Positions 62,488 to 64,000 of a stretch of DNA of 64,000 bases are shown here, one piece after another. Numbering within the stretch: the first letter of the stretch is position 1; every line of letters starts with the position of its first letter. Source of the stretch: Utricularia gibba (lineage: Eukaryota; Plantae; Magnoliophyta); the NCBI GenBank assembly GCA_002189035.1, contig CM007992.1:3658001-3722000 (forward strand), in the 5' to 3' direction. Position numbers and translations under genes: made by a program. Under the pieces are notes generated by a model. The model was not told the origin of the DNA and made no database searches. It worked only from the letters and a program-made list of their open reading frames with translations.

Positions 62488-64000
62488 ATGGGCTTCTGGA
62501 CGCTGTTTGAAGTTTCCTCAATGCCAATGCTGCAGGTGATACTCGTTGGCCTATTGGGAGCTTTCATGGCGACAGAATCGCTCGGTCTTCTTTCGGCAGA
62601 GACCCGTAAATCACTCAACAAGGTAAAGCGTCTGGGTTCCAATCGAATGATCATTCATAATGGGGCGATACGGATCCGGGTCTTTCTTCCCTGTTTCCCG
62701 TGACCGAGAGTTATGATCTCTGGGATTGCGTCTTGAACTTCCCCTGTGCGTCTGTTTCAGATAGTGTTCGTTGCCTTCACTCCCTCCCTGTGCTTCGAGA
62801 TTTTAGCTTCGACCGTGGAACTCAAGGACATAATCTCATGGTACCTCTTAAATCTTTGTGCTGGTTGAGTGTTTCCAGGTTGTGCATACAACAAACCAGA
62901 TATCAGATCAAAATCTGCAGGTGGTTCATGCCTGTGAACATTGGGATAACATGTCTGGTTGGAGGGACATTTGGATGGATAGCTATGAAGATAATCAGAC
63001 CCAAACCATATCTCCAGAATCTCATCATTGCAATGTGTGCAGCGGGTACTTGTCTAACTTTTCTATTAGTCATACACTTCGATGTATAACATTACACTTG
63101 AATTGAACAGGGAATCTGGGAAACATTCTCCTGATTCTAATCCCGGCTATGTGCAATGAAAGCGGAAGTCCATTTGGTGAGAAGAGTGTCTGCAGAACAG
63201 CTGGACTCGCATATTCTTCTTTCTCCATGGCAGTATGTTTGTTGCTTAGCCTTCTTGCCTGCTTGCTGTTTTCATACATCGTTGATGAGAAGCTGGCGCT
63301 AAACAGATTTTTTATCCCAGATTGGAGCTTTCTACATATGGACTTATGCTTACTACTTGATACGACGATCTTCAGAGAAATATGCTGCTATGGTTGCAGC
63401 CGAGGAGGAGGATGAGGAGTGCAAAGAATCAGAAATCAGTGAGAAAACTCCCCTTCTTGCAGTTGTCTCCTCAACCAGCGCTCTAAATGATGACACTGAG
63501 CAATCAGTAAGCTCTCTTTCGTAGCACCTATTCGGCTTAGAAGAAACATAAGATGTGAGCATGACTACACATATAAAAAAAAAAAAAACAGGCGTTGAAT
63601 TGGCTAACTTTTACACTATGATTCGCTTCTCAGATTGTTTCTCCTGCTTTTGACGGCAATTACCTTTTTGCTTTTGGTTTCAATGGAAGAGGACTATGTG
63701 GGGAGTTATTGCACCAGTATTGAAAATGGTACATGGAGTCCTGCATAAGATTCTGGAGGAGCTCAAGGCACCTCCCATTATTTCCTGTGTAAGATCTTAA
63801 TATATCTTCATTTCTTATGTTACTCACTCTTCAAAATGAAAGTTTGCAAAAAAATCTACTTCCAGATACTTGGTTTCATCTTCGGGACAGTTCCCTGGCT
63901 CAGGAACCTCATCATTGGCGATGAAGCTCCTCTCCGAGTTGTCTTCAGTTGCACCAAGCTGCTCGGGTAACAAAGCTGAAGCTCTACAAAACCTTATACA
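62488..64000 (+). CDS. PILS: PIN-LIKES auxin transporter, 5' part (continues beyond the window); one probable -1 frameshift
   Basis: MGFWTLFEVSSMPMLQVILVGLLGAFMAT, SLNK|IVFVAFTPSL, W|WFMPVNIGIT, GNLGNILLILIPAMC.E.GSPFG, GLAYSSFSMA|IGAFYIWTY, EELKAPP, |ILGFIFGTVPWLRNLIIGDEAPLRV. Confidence 0.92.

Overview
Gene-dense plant (eudicot-like) nuclear DNA: about 22 protein-coding genes, mostly with short introns (~60-130 bp), plus one tRNA-Val(CAC) and one degenerate TGA pseudogene. The compact style is reminiscent of miniature genomes such as Lentibulariaceae, but that is inference only. Gene order: annexin (3' end), uncharacterised membrane protein, TRAPPC12, PAT, class-III trehalose-6-P phosphatase, tRNA-Val, TGA pseudo-copy plus divergent TGA, PHAF1/UPF0183, SHI/STY, telomere-repeat-binding TRP, RDUF RING E3, GPAT5-like, Rubisco activase, IPUT1, PPCK, conserved unknown, clade-A AHL, multi-pass membrane protein, O-fucosyltransferase, thaumatin-like protein, NIP RING-H2, RLCK, PILS (cut by the window end). 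I see no convincing multi-gene novel system, CRISPR array or intact transposon. The best leads are: (1) a TGA/DOG1-domain factor whose basic region reads LERNRVAARRCRLRKK, like ATF2/Atf1/AP-1, next to a decayed tandem copy; (2) an apparently gained 86-nt intron in a normally intronless clade-A AHL gene, with a duplication-like junction; (3) a PPCK with HCD instead of HRD; (4) a degenerate 7-mer telomere-like array; (5) a perfect palindrome fused to an exact 60-bp tandem duplication. Five apparent -1 frameshifts (RCA x2, IPUT1, RLCK, PILS) can each be repaired by adding one base to a homopolymer run, and one hits a gene that is essential in Arabidopsis, so they most likely reflect assembly errors rather than pseudogenes. 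All gene models were built by hand from translation and GT-AG sites; no database searches were run.
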